From positions 145,961 to 209,960 of the forward strand of contig CAWEIZ010000001.1 in the NCBI GenBank assembly GCA_963809325.1: DNA of 64,000 nt. Reading direction: 5' to 3'. The notes under the pieces are model-generated. The model was not told where the DNA came from and ran no database searches. It saw nothing but the letters and a program-made list of their open reading frames with translations. The DNA is from an uncultured Actinomycetes bacterium. Its GTDB lineage: Bacteria; Actinomycetota; Thermoleophilia; Gaiellales; JAICJC01. Below are positions 18,553 to 27,192 of this stretch, in pieces. Position numbers and translations under genes: made by a program. The stretch's first letter is position 1; each line of letters opens with the position of its first letter.

Positions 18553-18755
18553 AGATGGGTTGTTCCGAACCCTCGCGCGCCTGGCCGCACAACTCCGGCA
18601 TCTAGGCCGCCGTGGTGGGGCTGCGGCTGCGAACCGTCGCATCGCGGCGTCCTCGGTCGCGCCGATATTTCGGTCAATATCGGCGCTTCCTGCGTCCTTG
18701 CGCTGCTCGGTTCTCGCCGCCCAGGACATCACGACGGTTCGGAACAAACCATCTA
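18553..18755 (-). repeat. Family-1 structured repeat, copy 2 (inverted relative to copy 1)
   Basis: Arms are AGATGGGTTGTTCCGAACCCTCG and CGACGGTTCGGAACAAACCATCT. Same core as copy 1 in reverse complement. Confidence 0.85.
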
Positions 18756-18765
18756 CGCTCCTCGG

Positions 18766-19902
18766 GTGCTCGATTCCGGCATGCCGCCCCTCGACGCTCC
18801 GACCCCGGCCGCGCGCGTCGACGGTGCGCTCGTCCAGATCGGGCTCGAGCGCCTCGACGAGGCCGAGGAGGACCTGCTCGTCGCCCTTCGGGGCGCGGAG
18901 GCCGCCCGCGACGACGAGACCGCCGCACGGGCGCAGGAGGGGCTCGGCTCGATCGCCGTCCGGCGCGGGAAGACCGCTGCGGCGATCGACTGGTTCGAGC
19001 GCGTGCTCCAGACGACCGGGCGCCCCGACCCGGCCGAGCGCATCGAGCTCTACCGCGCGCTGGGCCAGGCCTACTCCGAGAGCGGCCGCAGCGGCCCGGC
19101 CATCGCCCTCTTCGAGGAGTGCCTCGCCGAGCTGGAGCAGCGCCCGGACGCCGACCCGGCCACCGTCGTGCTCTACTCGATCTACCTGTCGCACGCGTAC
19201 GGCGACGCCGGCGACTACGGGCGGGCGGCGGCGGCGCTGGCGGACGCGCTGCGGCGCGACGTCGAGGACATCGACCGGCGGGTGCGCGCGTTCGCATACC
19301 ACGCGCTGGCGCGGCTCTACTGCACGACGGGCCACACCGCTCAGGCGCTCGTCTACGCCGACAAGCAGGTCGAGCTGACCGAGGCCAGCGGGAATGACTG
19401 GCATGCCGCGAACGCCCATCTCGTGCGGGCCCACATCCTGCTCGACGACGCCCAGACCGACGCGGCGCGCGAGGCGCTCCAGGCGACGCGCCGGCTGTAC
19501 GGCACGCGCATGAGCGGCCTCGACGAGGGCTGGGTGGTCGTGGAGGAGGCGCGGCTCGCGCTCCAGGCCGGCGATCCCGAGGGCGCGATCGAGCAGGCGC
19601 GCCTGGCGATCGAGCTCCTGGGGACGCAGTCGGCGCCGGGCGAGCTGGGCGACGCGTACCTCGTCCTCGCTCGCGGCTACGACGAGCTGGGCCTGGCCGA
19701 GCGCGCCGAGACGGCCTACGCGGCCGCGATCGACGCGCTTCAGAAGCAGAACGGCTGGCACTGTGAGCTCGGCCGGGCGTACCGCTGGTACGGCAAGTTC
19801 CTGCGGAGGGCCGGACGCGCCGAGGCGGCGATGGACGCGTTCGAGCGGGCGGCCGACCTCGCGCCGTCCAATCTGGCCGTCCTCGAGCTCCCCGACGTAT
19901 AG
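18766..19902 (+). CDS. TPR-repeat protein, paralog of the upstream regulator but lacking the HTH
   Basis: 378 aa. Collinear with residues after the HTH of the 17119..18534 product. Near-identical C-terminal block [33 protein letters not shown]. Confidence 0.75.
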   Translation: MLDSGMPPLDAPTPAARVDGALVQIGLERLDEAEEDLLVALRGAEAARDDETAARAQEGLGSIAVRRGKTAAAIDWFERVLQTTGRPDPAERIELYRALGQAYSESGRSGPAIALFEECLAELEQRPDADPATVVLYSIYLSHAYGDAGDYGRAAAALADALRRDVEDIDRRVRAFAYHALARLYCTTGHTAQALVYADKQVELTEASGNDWHAANAHLVRAHILLDDAQTDAAREALQATRRLYGTRMSGLDEGWVVVEEARLALQAGDPEGAIEQARLAIELLGTQSAPGELGDAYLVLARGYDELGLAERAETAYAAAIDALQKQNGWHCELGRAYRWYGKFLRRAGRAEAAMDAFERAADLAPSNLAVLELPDV

Positions 19903-20077
19903 CGCGGGGGAACCCAGGGTTCCCCCGCGAGCCCCCTCCTTAAGGGGTGCCGCGTGGTTTGCCGCGCTCCGGCGAAGAGCGCGGTCTTCGCCGGAGCCAC
20001 GACTGCCAGTACATGTGTGAGTGCAGCCGCAACGATTCCCCGTGCGCGCGAAACGGAGTTTCTGCGTGCGCCCCGCC
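19900..20077 (+). repeat. Family-2 multi-palindrome repeat, copy A
   Basis: Starts on a TAG stop codon. Contains CGCGGGGGAACCCaGGGTTCCCCCGCG, CCTTAAGG and GCTCCGGCGAAGA-6-TCTTCGCCGGAGC. Alignable by eye with the rc of 56826-57000. Confidence 0.8.
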
Positions 20078-20281
20078 TAGATGATTGATTCCTAATTCCC
20101 GCGCGCCTGGACGCGTGACGGTGGCAGGGATGCCGGCTGGTTGTGGGGGCTGCGGCTGCGAACCGTCGCATCGCTGTGTCCTCGGTCGCGCCGATATTCC
20201 CGATATCGGCGCTCCCTGCGTCCTTGCGCTGCTTGGTTCGCAGCCGCCCAGGACATCACGGAATCAGGAATCAATCATCTA
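20078..20281 (-). repeat. Family-1 structured repeat, copy 3
   Basis: Arms are TAGATGATTGATTCCTAATTCC and GGAATCAGGAATCAATCATCTA. The core is conserved. Its last CTA is the TAG stop of the AI-2E gene. Confidence 0.85.
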
Positions 20282-21505
20282 GGAGTCCGCAACATCGGGG
20301 TCAGACCCCAGTGTTGCAGCCGTCTCCGCCGGCGGCGGCGGGTGGACCTCGACCGGGACGTCGACCGTCAGCGGGCCGCCGGGCCACGGCTGGAGGCCGA
20401 TCCGCTCGCCGAGGAACGTGCCGATCTCGCGCCCGACCGCGACGAGCGGCATGGCGATGAGGACGCCCGCCAGCCCGTACAGCTCGCCCGCTGCGAGGAG
20501 CGCGAAGATCACCACCAGCGGGTGCACCTTGACGGCGCTCCCCATCAGCTTGGGGATCACGATGTGGCCCTCGATCTGGTGGATGAAGAGGAAGAGGAGC
20601 GCGACGCCGACCACCGCCTTGCCCGACTCGGTGGCCGCGACGGCCGCCGGGGCGAGCGCGCCGAGCCACGGGCCCACATACGGGATGATCTCGACGACGG
20701 CCGCCCAGGCGCCGAACCCGAGCGCGTACGTGGAGCCGCCGGGGAAGACCCCGGTGATGCCGAGGATCCACAGCCCGATGCCGGCCGTCGTCCCGATGAC
20801 GAGCGAGACCAGCGTCTGACCCTTGACGTAGGCCAGGAGGGCGCGCTCGATGCGCGTGAGCAGGTCCTCGTCCAGCTCCCCACCGCGGAACACGCGTCTC
20901 AGGAAGCGCGACAGGCGGGGCGCGTCGAGCAGCATGTAGACCGAGATGACGATCACCAGCACCAGGTTGAAGAGGCTCTCGAAGAGCGTGATGAGAAGCG
21001 TCCGGGCCACCTCCACCGCGCGCCCGGAGTAGCGCTGGAGATGGGCGACGTCGACCGAGTTCAGGAGGCGCTCGCCCGGTGCCTTCACGTCGACCTTCAC
21101 GGGGCTCGAGCTGTCGATCCAGCGCTGGAGGTCGGCGAGCCGCTGGTCGGCCGGCGTGACCCCGGCGCTGTTCTCGGTGAACTGGTCCTCGACCTGGTTT
21201 GCGACATCCTGCACCTCCCGCGCGATCACGGTGCCGGCGATGACGCTGAGGCCGCCGACGACGAACGCGAAGAACAGGTACACGAGCAGCACCGAGGCGG
21301 CCCGCGGGATGCGAAGGGCGCAGAACGCCCGCACGATGGGGTTCAGCAGGATGGCGATCAGCGCAGCGACCACGAACACGAACACGGCGTGGTTGACCGC
21401 GGAGACCAGCAACCACACGCCCACGATCGCAAGCGGAAGGCCTACAAGCTGAACCCACCGCGGGACCAGGATCTTCCCGGGCGCGTCGGGCGGCATCGCG
21501 GCCAT
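20279..21505 (-). CDS. AI-2E family transporter (PerM/UPF0118)
   Basis: 408 aa polytopic membrane protein. The pattern (FVFVVAALIAILLNPIV..., C-terminal GELYGLAGVLIAMPL) is typical of this family. Confidence 0.75.
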   Translation of the reverse strand: MAAMPPDAPGKILVPRWVQLVGLPLAIVGVWLLVSAVNHAVFVFVVAALIAILLNPIVRAFCALRIPRAASVLLVYLFFAFVVGGLSVIAGTVIAREVQDVANQVEDQFTENSAGVTPADQRLADLQRWIDSSSPVKVDVKAPGERLLNSVDVAHLQRYSGRAVEVARTLLITLFESLFNLVLVIVISVYMLLDAPRLSRFLRRVFRGGELDEDLLTRIERALLAYVKGQTLVSLVIGTTAGIGLWILGITGVFPGGSTYALGFGAWAAVVEIIPYVGPWLGALAPAAVAATESGKAVVGVALLFLFIHQIEGHIVIPKLMGSAVKVHPLVVIFALLAAGELYGLAGVLIAMPLVAVGREIGTFLGERIGLQPWPGGPLTVDVPVEVHPPPPAETAATLGSDPDVADS

Positions 21506-21537
21506 CCTACCAGCGGCCCCATGCTAGGCTGGCTCTC

Positions 21538-22326
21538 GTGATCGCTACTGGAAGGCGGCCTCCGCGCCGGCGGCCGCGCCGCCGGCCGCCCCGTACCCGC
21601 GCTCGTCGCATCGGGTTCGCGATCGCCCTTCTGGCGATCGTGGTGCTCGTCGCGACCGCACTTCGCGGCGGGTCTGCGCCGCGTATCCAGGCCGCCGTCA
21701 CCGTGTCGCCGCCGAAGCACGCCCTGGCGCCCGACGGCCCGCCGATCCCGACCCTCATGGCCGGCGGCCCGAACGGGCTCGAGCTCGACGTGCCCATCGC
21801 CCAGGCCCGGGTGACGGCGATCGTGTACCACGGCGTGGGGGACGCCGGCGTCATCGCCCTCGCGCCGTCCGGCCACCAGAGGAACGCCGGCATCGTCACG
21901 AAGCTGAGCAACCTCCTCACGGGGACGTCCACGGGAGCCGGGCCGGCGTACTACGTCGACAGCGCGGGAGGCGGCGCCTCGACGGGATCGGTCGACGTCG
22001 GTGCCGTCGCCGGAACGCGCGTCTACTCGCCGGTCGACGGCACGATCGTCGGCATCCGGCCGTACGTGCTGGACGGCTCGCCGCACGGCAGCGTGCTCCA
22101 GATCCAGCCGACGTCGACGCCGGCCGACATCGTGACGCTCACGAACATCCGCACGGCGAGCCAGATCGCGGTCGGCGACCAGGTCATCGCCGCGCGGACG
22201 CGACTCGGCACCGTGATCGACCTGAGCCGGGTGATCACGCAGGAGCTCGCCAAGTACACCTCCGACGCCGGAAACCACGTTCACCTCGAGGTCGGCCCGG
22301 CGCCGGCCGCGTCTCTTCTGCTCTAG
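21538..22326 (+). CDS. Membrane-anchored M23/LytM-like peptidase-domain protein (possibly degenerate)
   Basis: 262 aa. Arg-rich N-terminus plus a TM helix. C-terminal GNHVHLEV resembles the M23 HxH motif. Stop TAG is shared with family-1 copy 4. Confidence 0.55.
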   Translation: MIATGRRPPRRRPRRRPPRTRARRIGFAIALLAIVVLVATALRGGSAPRIQAAVTVSPPKHALAPDGPPIPTLMAGGPNGLELDVPIAQARVTAIVYHGVGDAGVIALAPSGHQRNAGIVTKLSNLLTGTSTGAGPAYYVDSAGGGASTGSVDVGAVAGTRVYSPVDGTIVGIRPYVLDGSPHGSVLQIQPTSTPADIVTLTNIRTASQIAVGDQVIAARTRLGTVIDLSRVITQELAKYTSDAGNHVHLEVGPAPAASLLL

Positions 22327-22488
22327 TGGGTCGTCCGGTAACGTTGCCTGCGTCGATGGCGAGCGAAAAGCAAGCGATGCAAGGACACAGGGAGCGTCAA
22401 TAGTGGAACTATTGGCGCGACCGAGGACGCAGCAGCGCGCCGCTTTGCAGCCGCCAGAACCCGGCGAACGTTGCCGGACGATCCACTA
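22324..22488 (+). repeat. Family-1 structured repeat, copy 4 (most divergent)
   Basis: Arms are TAGTGGGTCGTCCGGTAACGTTGCC and GGCGAACGTTGCCGGACGATCCACTA. The core is retained, with compensatory changes in two inner stems. Confidence 0.8.
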
Positions 22489-22498
22489 GGCGCCGGTC

Positions 22499-23281
22499 TT
22501 GCGGATCCTCTTCATCGCCGACGCCTTCGCGGCGGCCGGTCGCAGGATCATCGAGGAGCGCCTCCCCACGCTCCGGCGCGATCGCGAGATCGACTTCGTG
22601 ATCGCCAATGCCGAGAACGTCGCCGACGGCGTGGGCATCACCAGCCGCATCGCCAAGCGGCTGCTCGCGGCCGGCGTCGACGTGATCACGCTCGGAAACC
22701 ACGCCTACCGCCAGCGCGAGGTGTATCCGTACCTCGACCAGGAGGAGCGGATCCTGCGCCCGGCCAACTACCCGGAAACGGCACCCGGGCACGGCACCTG
22801 CGTCGTCGAGTCCGGCGACGGGACCCGGGTCGCGGTCATCAACCTCATCGGGAATCTCTTCCTGGACGCCGCGATCACCCCGTTCGCAGTGGCGGAGCGG
22901 CTCGTGGACGAGGCCCGCAAGGAGGCATCGGTGGTGGTCGTGGACTTCCACGCCGAGGCGACCAGCGAGAAGGTCGCCATGGGGCACCTGCTCGCCGGCC
23001 AGGCGACCGCAGTCCTGGGCACGCACACGCACATCCAGACGAACGACGCCCACGTGCTGCCCGGCGGCACCGCGTACATCACCGACGCGGGGATGACCGG
23101 TCCGCACGACTCCGTGATCGGCGTTCGCACCGATCTCGTCCTGCGCCGCTTTACGACGCAGCTTCCGATCCGCTTCGAGCCGGCCGAGGGAGACGTGCGG
23201 ATGGAGGGCGTGATCTTCGAGTGCGATGGGGACGGGCGCGCGACCGCGATCGAGGCGTTCCGGCTGCTCGACAACCGGTGA
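22499..23281 (+). CDS. YmdB-like metallophosphoesterase (TIGR00282 family; 2',3'-cyclic-nucleotide phosphodiesterase-like)
   Basis: 260 aa. Motifs IANAENVADGVGIT, TLGNHAY, DFHAEATSEK and GTHTHIQTND. Confidence 0.85.
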   Translation: MRILFIADAFAAAGRRIIEERLPTLRRDREIDFVIANAENVADGVGITSRIAKRLLAAGVDVITLGNHAYRQREVYPYLDQEERILRPANYPETAPGHGTCVVESGDGTRVAVINLIGNLFLDAAITPFAVAERLVDEARKEASVVVVDFHAEATSEKVAMGHLLAGQATAVLGTHTHIQTNDAHVLPGGTAYITDAGMTGPHDSVIGVRTDLVLRRFTTQLPIRFEPAEGDVRMEGVIFECDGDGRATAIEAFRLLDNR

Positions 23282-23282
23282 T

Positions 23283-25187
23283 CTAGGGCTCCGCCGGAGC
23301 CGGGTCGGGCTCGGCGCGCGGCAGAAGCAATCCCGCCAGCACGAGCGGGAGCCACCAGCACACGTAGGGGTAGAACCAGTAGCTGGCCGTGATCTGGAGG
23401 CCGATCACGGCGGCGGCGCCGATCGCGGCCACGGCGACCGGGTCCTTGGTCACCCGCGGGAAGACGGCGAGCAGCACGATGCCGATCACGACCAGGAACT
23501 GGAGCGCGTGCTGGAGCCAGGTGATGTCGGGCCAGCCCGGGTGGTAGCTCGGCAGCGTCCAGATCGCCATCGGCGTCACCCGGCCGAACTGGTAGTCGAG
23601 CGTGCGGTGCCAGAAGAGCGAGAGGCCGTCGGCGTCGAGCGCCAGCATCGCGAGGAGCGCGATCAACGAAACGGCGAAGCCGACCAGCGTTGCCAGCCGG
23701 TGCCGGAGCGACGCAAAGAGCGGGACGAGCGCGAGCGGGGCGAACTTCGTGAGCGACGCCGCCGCCAGCAGCGCGCCGCGGAGGACGGGGACCGAGAGCG
23801 CCGCCAGCGTCCACGCGAGGAGCGCGCCGACGAGGGCGTCGTTCGTGTTCATGTTGAGCGCGTAGAGGGTGAACGGGTTCGCCGCCCACCCGAACGCGAG
23901 CAGGAGGCCGATGCGCCCGCTCGCGAGCCGCCAGCCGGCGACGAAGAGCCCCGCGACGGCCAGGATGTCGAACGCCGACGCGGTGACATGCGCCGCCGGC
24001 AGGGAGTCCCAGAGGCCGCTCCAGCCGAGGATCGCGACGGCCGGGATGTACGTCAGGTAGATCGTCGGCCCGTACGTGTCGCCCTGGCCGATCGGCGACT
24101 CGCACTGCCCGTTCGACTGGATGTAGGCCTTCGGGTCGCCGTTGGAGTACTTCCCGGCGCACGGCTTGGACGTCTTGTCGGGCATGTGGCCGTACGGCAG
24201 CACCCCGTCAATCAGCCGCGACGCCCCCGCCACGCCGGCGTAGCCGACGTCGATCACGTTGGAGTCCTGGTTGTTCAGCCCCAGCCGGAAGCCCATGAGG
24301 CCGAAGAGGAGCGCGATCAGGAGCAGCATGTGCGTCTCGCCGACGCGCACCTGGCGCGGGCCACGGTGGATCCCGATCCACACCATGCGCACCCCGAGGT
24401 AGATGAGCGGCGGGTACACGAGCGGGGTCGCGCGGAAGATGTCGCCGTGGTTGAACTCGACGAGCGAGGCGACGAACCCCAGGGTCACGACCAGGTCGAG
24501 CGTCCGCATCGACCGCAGCCGGCGCCAGTCGACGAGGCCCGCCAGGAAGATGGCGCACATCGGCCAGAGCACGAACGACCGGTTCACCTTGCGCCCGTAG
24601 GCGTCGGGCAGGCCGCGGGCCAGCATCCACCCCACCTGCGGCCCGGTCCACACCTCGTAGGCCCGCCCCGTCGAGTCCTCGATATGCACCTGCGCGATCT
24701 CGTCGCCGCCCTTGTAGTAGCTCACCGTCCACACGCGCAGGGGGCCGAGGCTCGCCGAATGGGTGACGTCCGAGTACTGGCCGATCCAGGCCTTGACCGC
24801 TCGAGAACGGCTCGCGACGACGAACGCGTCGTTGCTCGTGAGATTCGGCGGTCCCTGGGTCGGGGTCAGCTTGACGCCGGTGACTGCATGCCGCCGCTCG
24901 GACACGGTGACCACAGCGAGGACGTTCTGCGCGCCCTTCGGCTCGAGCAGGACCGCCCAGACGCGGCGCGGCGGGTGGTACTCGGCCACGAAGTGCGCCC
25001 CCGGGTTCTGCGCCAGGAGCGGCACGATCCGGCGGTCGGCCTTGGCCAGCGCGATCGCCTGGGCCGCCGTCAGATGCCGGACGGCGGCGTGCGCAGGCGG
25101 CGCGGCCGCCAGGACGACCGCAGCCGCGATCAGCCCGGCGACGAGCCCTGCGCCGCGACTACCTAAACGTCCAGAGCTTGTTGCCAA
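23283..25187 (-). CDS. Large polytopic membrane protein, GT-C-type glycosyltransferase-like, with N-terminal extracytoplasmic domain
   Basis: 634 aa. Signal/anchor, then a ~190-aa soluble domain, then more than 10 TM helices. Neighbours GtrA. The only start candidate is TTG at 25187, overlapping the gtrA-like 3' end by 29 nt. Confidence 0.55.
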   Translation of the reverse strand: MATSSGRLGSRGAGLVAGLIAAAVVLAAAPPAHAAVRHLTAAQAIALAKADRRIVPLLAQNPGAHFVAEYHPPRRVWAVLLEPKGAQNVLAVVTVSERRHAVTGVKLTPTQGPPNLTSNDAFVVASRSRAVKAWIGQYSDVTHSASLGPLRVWTVSYYKGGDEIAQVHIEDSTGRAYEVWTGPQVGWMLARGLPDAYGRKVNRSFVLWPMCAIFLAGLVDWRRLRSMRTLDLVVTLGFVASLVEFNHGDIFRATPLVYPPLIYLGVRMVWIGIHRGPRQVRVGETHMLLLIALLFGLMGFRLGLNNQDSNVIDVGYAGVAGASRLIDGVLPYGHMPDKTSKPCAGKYSNGDPKAYIQSNGQCESPIGQGDTYGPTIYLTYIPAVAILGWSGLWDSLPAAHVTASAFDILAVAGLFVAGWRLASGRIGLLLAFGWAANPFTLYALNMNTNDALVGALLAWTLAALSVPVLRGALLAAASLTKFAPLALVPLFASLRHRLATLVGFAVSLIALLAMLALDADGLSLFWHRTLDYQFGRVTPMAIWTLPSYHPGWPDITWLQHALQFLVVIGIVLLAVFPRVTKDPVAVAAIGAAAVIGLQITASYWFYPYVCWWLPLVLAGLLLPRAEPDPAPAEP

Positions 25188-25608
25188 GGAAGCTCACCGG
25201 CAGCGCCATGAGGATCGCGATGGCCGCCGCCGGCGGCTTCGGCATGCCGGCCAGCTCCACGAGCGCCCGCAGGACGACCAGGTCGAGCAGGAGCGCGGCA
25301 ACGCTCACGCCCAGGAAACGGGCGTACTGGTGGTGGGGGCGGCCGTGCTCGACCCGAAACGTCCACAGCCGGTTCCAGAGGAAGTTGCTCGTCGCAGCGC
25401 AGATGAACGCCACCGTGAAGGCGAGCGTGTACGGCATGCTCGGGTCGGCGAGCACGAACACGCCGAGGTTGATCAGGTATCCGGACCCGCCCACGCAGCA
25501 GTAGCGCATGAGCTCCATCCAGTTGGAGGGGCGCCCCGCGGCGAGCCGGAAGCGCTGCGCGTGCCGCCGCATGACGGCCGAAGCGGCTTCGGCGGGAGCG
25601 TCCTCCAT
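25159..25608 (-). CDS. GtrA-family membrane protein
   Basis: 149 aa. MRYCCVGGSGYLINLGVF...NFLWNRLWTF...FLGNKLWTFR is the characteristic GtrA pattern. Confidence 0.8.
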   Translation of the reverse strand: MEDAPAEAASAVMRRHAQRFRLAAGRPSNWMELMRYCCVGGSGYLINLGVFVLADPSMPYTLAFTVAFICAATSNFLWNRLWTFRVEHGRPHHQYARFLGVSVAALLLDLVVLRALVELAGMPKPPAAAIAILMALPVSFLGNKLWTFR

Positions 25609-25618
25609 CCCGGCGATG

Positions 25619-27067
25619 CTATCTGACCGAGGTCGCCGGGGCGTGCGGTCGGCTCACACGGGGCGCGCCGAAGTGCCGGCAGACGTAGGGCTGGATGTCC
25701 GTGATCGACGGCTGGGAGGCGAAGACCTCGGCCTCGGCGAACCCGGCGGTCACGAGCGGGACGAGCGAGTCCTCGACCCGCAGCGACCCGTGGCTGCCGC
25801 CGCCGAGATGGTGGATTCCGCCGGAGTCGGCGAACTCCCAGCCCGGCGCGGCCGAGACGATGACGTCGCCGGCCGTGGAGCACAGGACCGCCCCCTCCAG
25901 CCGCTCGAGCGCGTTCGGGTAGAGGGCCGGGTCGAGCAGGCCGGCGTCGCCCTCGACGTCCCAGGCGTTGCCGCGCTCGTCCGTCGAGCCCGATCCGCGC
26001 CGGAAGCGGAAGCCGCCGTCACCGCGCCGGACGGCGAGCCAGTCGCCGTCGCGGTAGGCGATGACGTCGGCGGCATCGAGCGCCCCCAGCCGGTCGGCGA
26101 CCTCGCCGGGCCCGATCCGGGCGCCGGGGAGCAGATACGCCATCGCGGCGCGGTTCGACGCTGCGACGGCCACGTCGCAGCGGTCGGGGTCGGAGCGCCG
26201 GCTCGAGCGGAAGAGGCGCAGATCCTCGAGCGGCACCGCGGCGTCGGCGATCTGCTCGACCTGGCTCTGGGAGTGGTCCGCCACCACGATCACGCCGTAC
26301 CGGGCCAGGAACCGCTCGAGCCCGCCCGCAGCCTCGACCATGAGCGCGAGCCCGTTGTCGGCCTGCTCGACCGCGCCCATCACGTCGCCTCCGCGATGGC
26401 CCGCCGCGTCGGTCTCGTACAGGTAGAGGAACAGGAAGTCGAACCCGTCGCGGGTGACGAGCCACCGGGCGACGGCGCCGCCGTGTCGATCGATCCCGGT
26501 CCCGAAGTTGCGCGGCGCGCCGGTGAGGTCGGAGAAGAAGAGATCGCCCAGGAAGTACCGGCGCGGCCCGTACACCGCGTCGACGATCCCGATCGTGCGG
26601 GCGAAGCGGCGCGCGGCGGGCCGCGTGATCTGATGCCGGACGCGCCCGCGGCACACGTAGAGGTTGACGGCCGCGGAGACGAGCCCGGCGTCCTCGAGCG
26701 CCTCGAACACGGTCGTCGCTCGAGGCGAGAGGTGGAGCAGGTTCAGGTTGACCAGGATGTCGTCGACCATCTGCCGCGTCCCCTCGGCGAGCGTCGCCGC
26801 GAACGACGATCCGTACTCCACGAACCGGCCCTCGCCGCGGTGGTACCACGTCATCCCGGGGATGTGCGAGCCGACGGGATGCTCGCCCGTGACGAGCGCC
26901 GACAGGCAGACCGGCGTCAGCGACGGGAACGTCGAGACACACCGGTCGGTGCGCGACCCGGCGTCGATGAGGGCCGCGATCGTCGGCGCGCGGCCCGCGG
27001 CCAGCACGCGATCGAGAAGCTCCGGCCCGAGGCCGTCGACGACGGCCAGGACAACCTTCTTCGTCAC
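25619..27067 (-). CDS. Alkaline-phosphatase-superfamily enzyme (type I phosphodiesterase/nucleotide pyrophosphatase-like)
   Basis: 482 aa. N-terminal VVLAVVDGLGPELL...FPSLTPVCLSALVTGEHP and later DHSQS and GGGSHGSL motifs. Confidence 0.7.
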   Translation of the reverse strand: MTKKVVLAVVDGLGPELLDRVLAAGRAPTIAALIDAGSRTDRCVSTFPSLTPVCLSALVTGEHPVGSHIPGMTWYHRGEGRFVEYGSSFAATLAEGTRQMVDDILVNLNLLHLSPRATTVFEALEDAGLVSAAVNLYVCRGRVRHQITRPAARRFARTIGIVDAVYGPRRYFLGDLFFSDLTGAPRNFGTGIDRHGGAVARWLVTRDGFDFLFLYLYETDAAGHRGGDVMGAVEQADNGLALMVEAAGGLERFLARYGVIVVADHSQSQVEQIADAAVPLEDLRLFRSSRRSDPDRCDVAVAASNRAAMAYLLPGARIGPGEVADRLGALDAADVIAYRDGDWLAVRRGDGGFRFRRGSGSTDERGNAWDVEGDAGLLDPALYPNALERLEGAVLCSTAGDVIVSAAPGWEFADSGGIHHLGGGSHGSLRVEDSLVPLVTAGFAEAEVFASQPSITDIQPYVCRHFGAPRVSRPHAPATSVR

Positions 27068-27123
27068 GAGCGAATCCTAGGTCGCCCTACCGGAGAGCCG
27101 ACTGTCCACGGTGAGCGACCACC

Positions 27124-27188
27124 GGGGTCAGACCCCGCATCTGCGGCCGTGACGCCGGCGTGACGCTTTCGATGCGGGGTCTGACCCC
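27124..27188. repeat. REPIN-like inverted pair of GGGGTCAGACCCC palindromes
   Basis: Left arm GGGGTCAGACCCCGCATC (27124-27141). Right arm GATGCGGGGTCTGACCCC (27171-27188). Each arm is itself palindromic. Confidence 0.75.
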
Positions 27189-27192
27189 ACGC

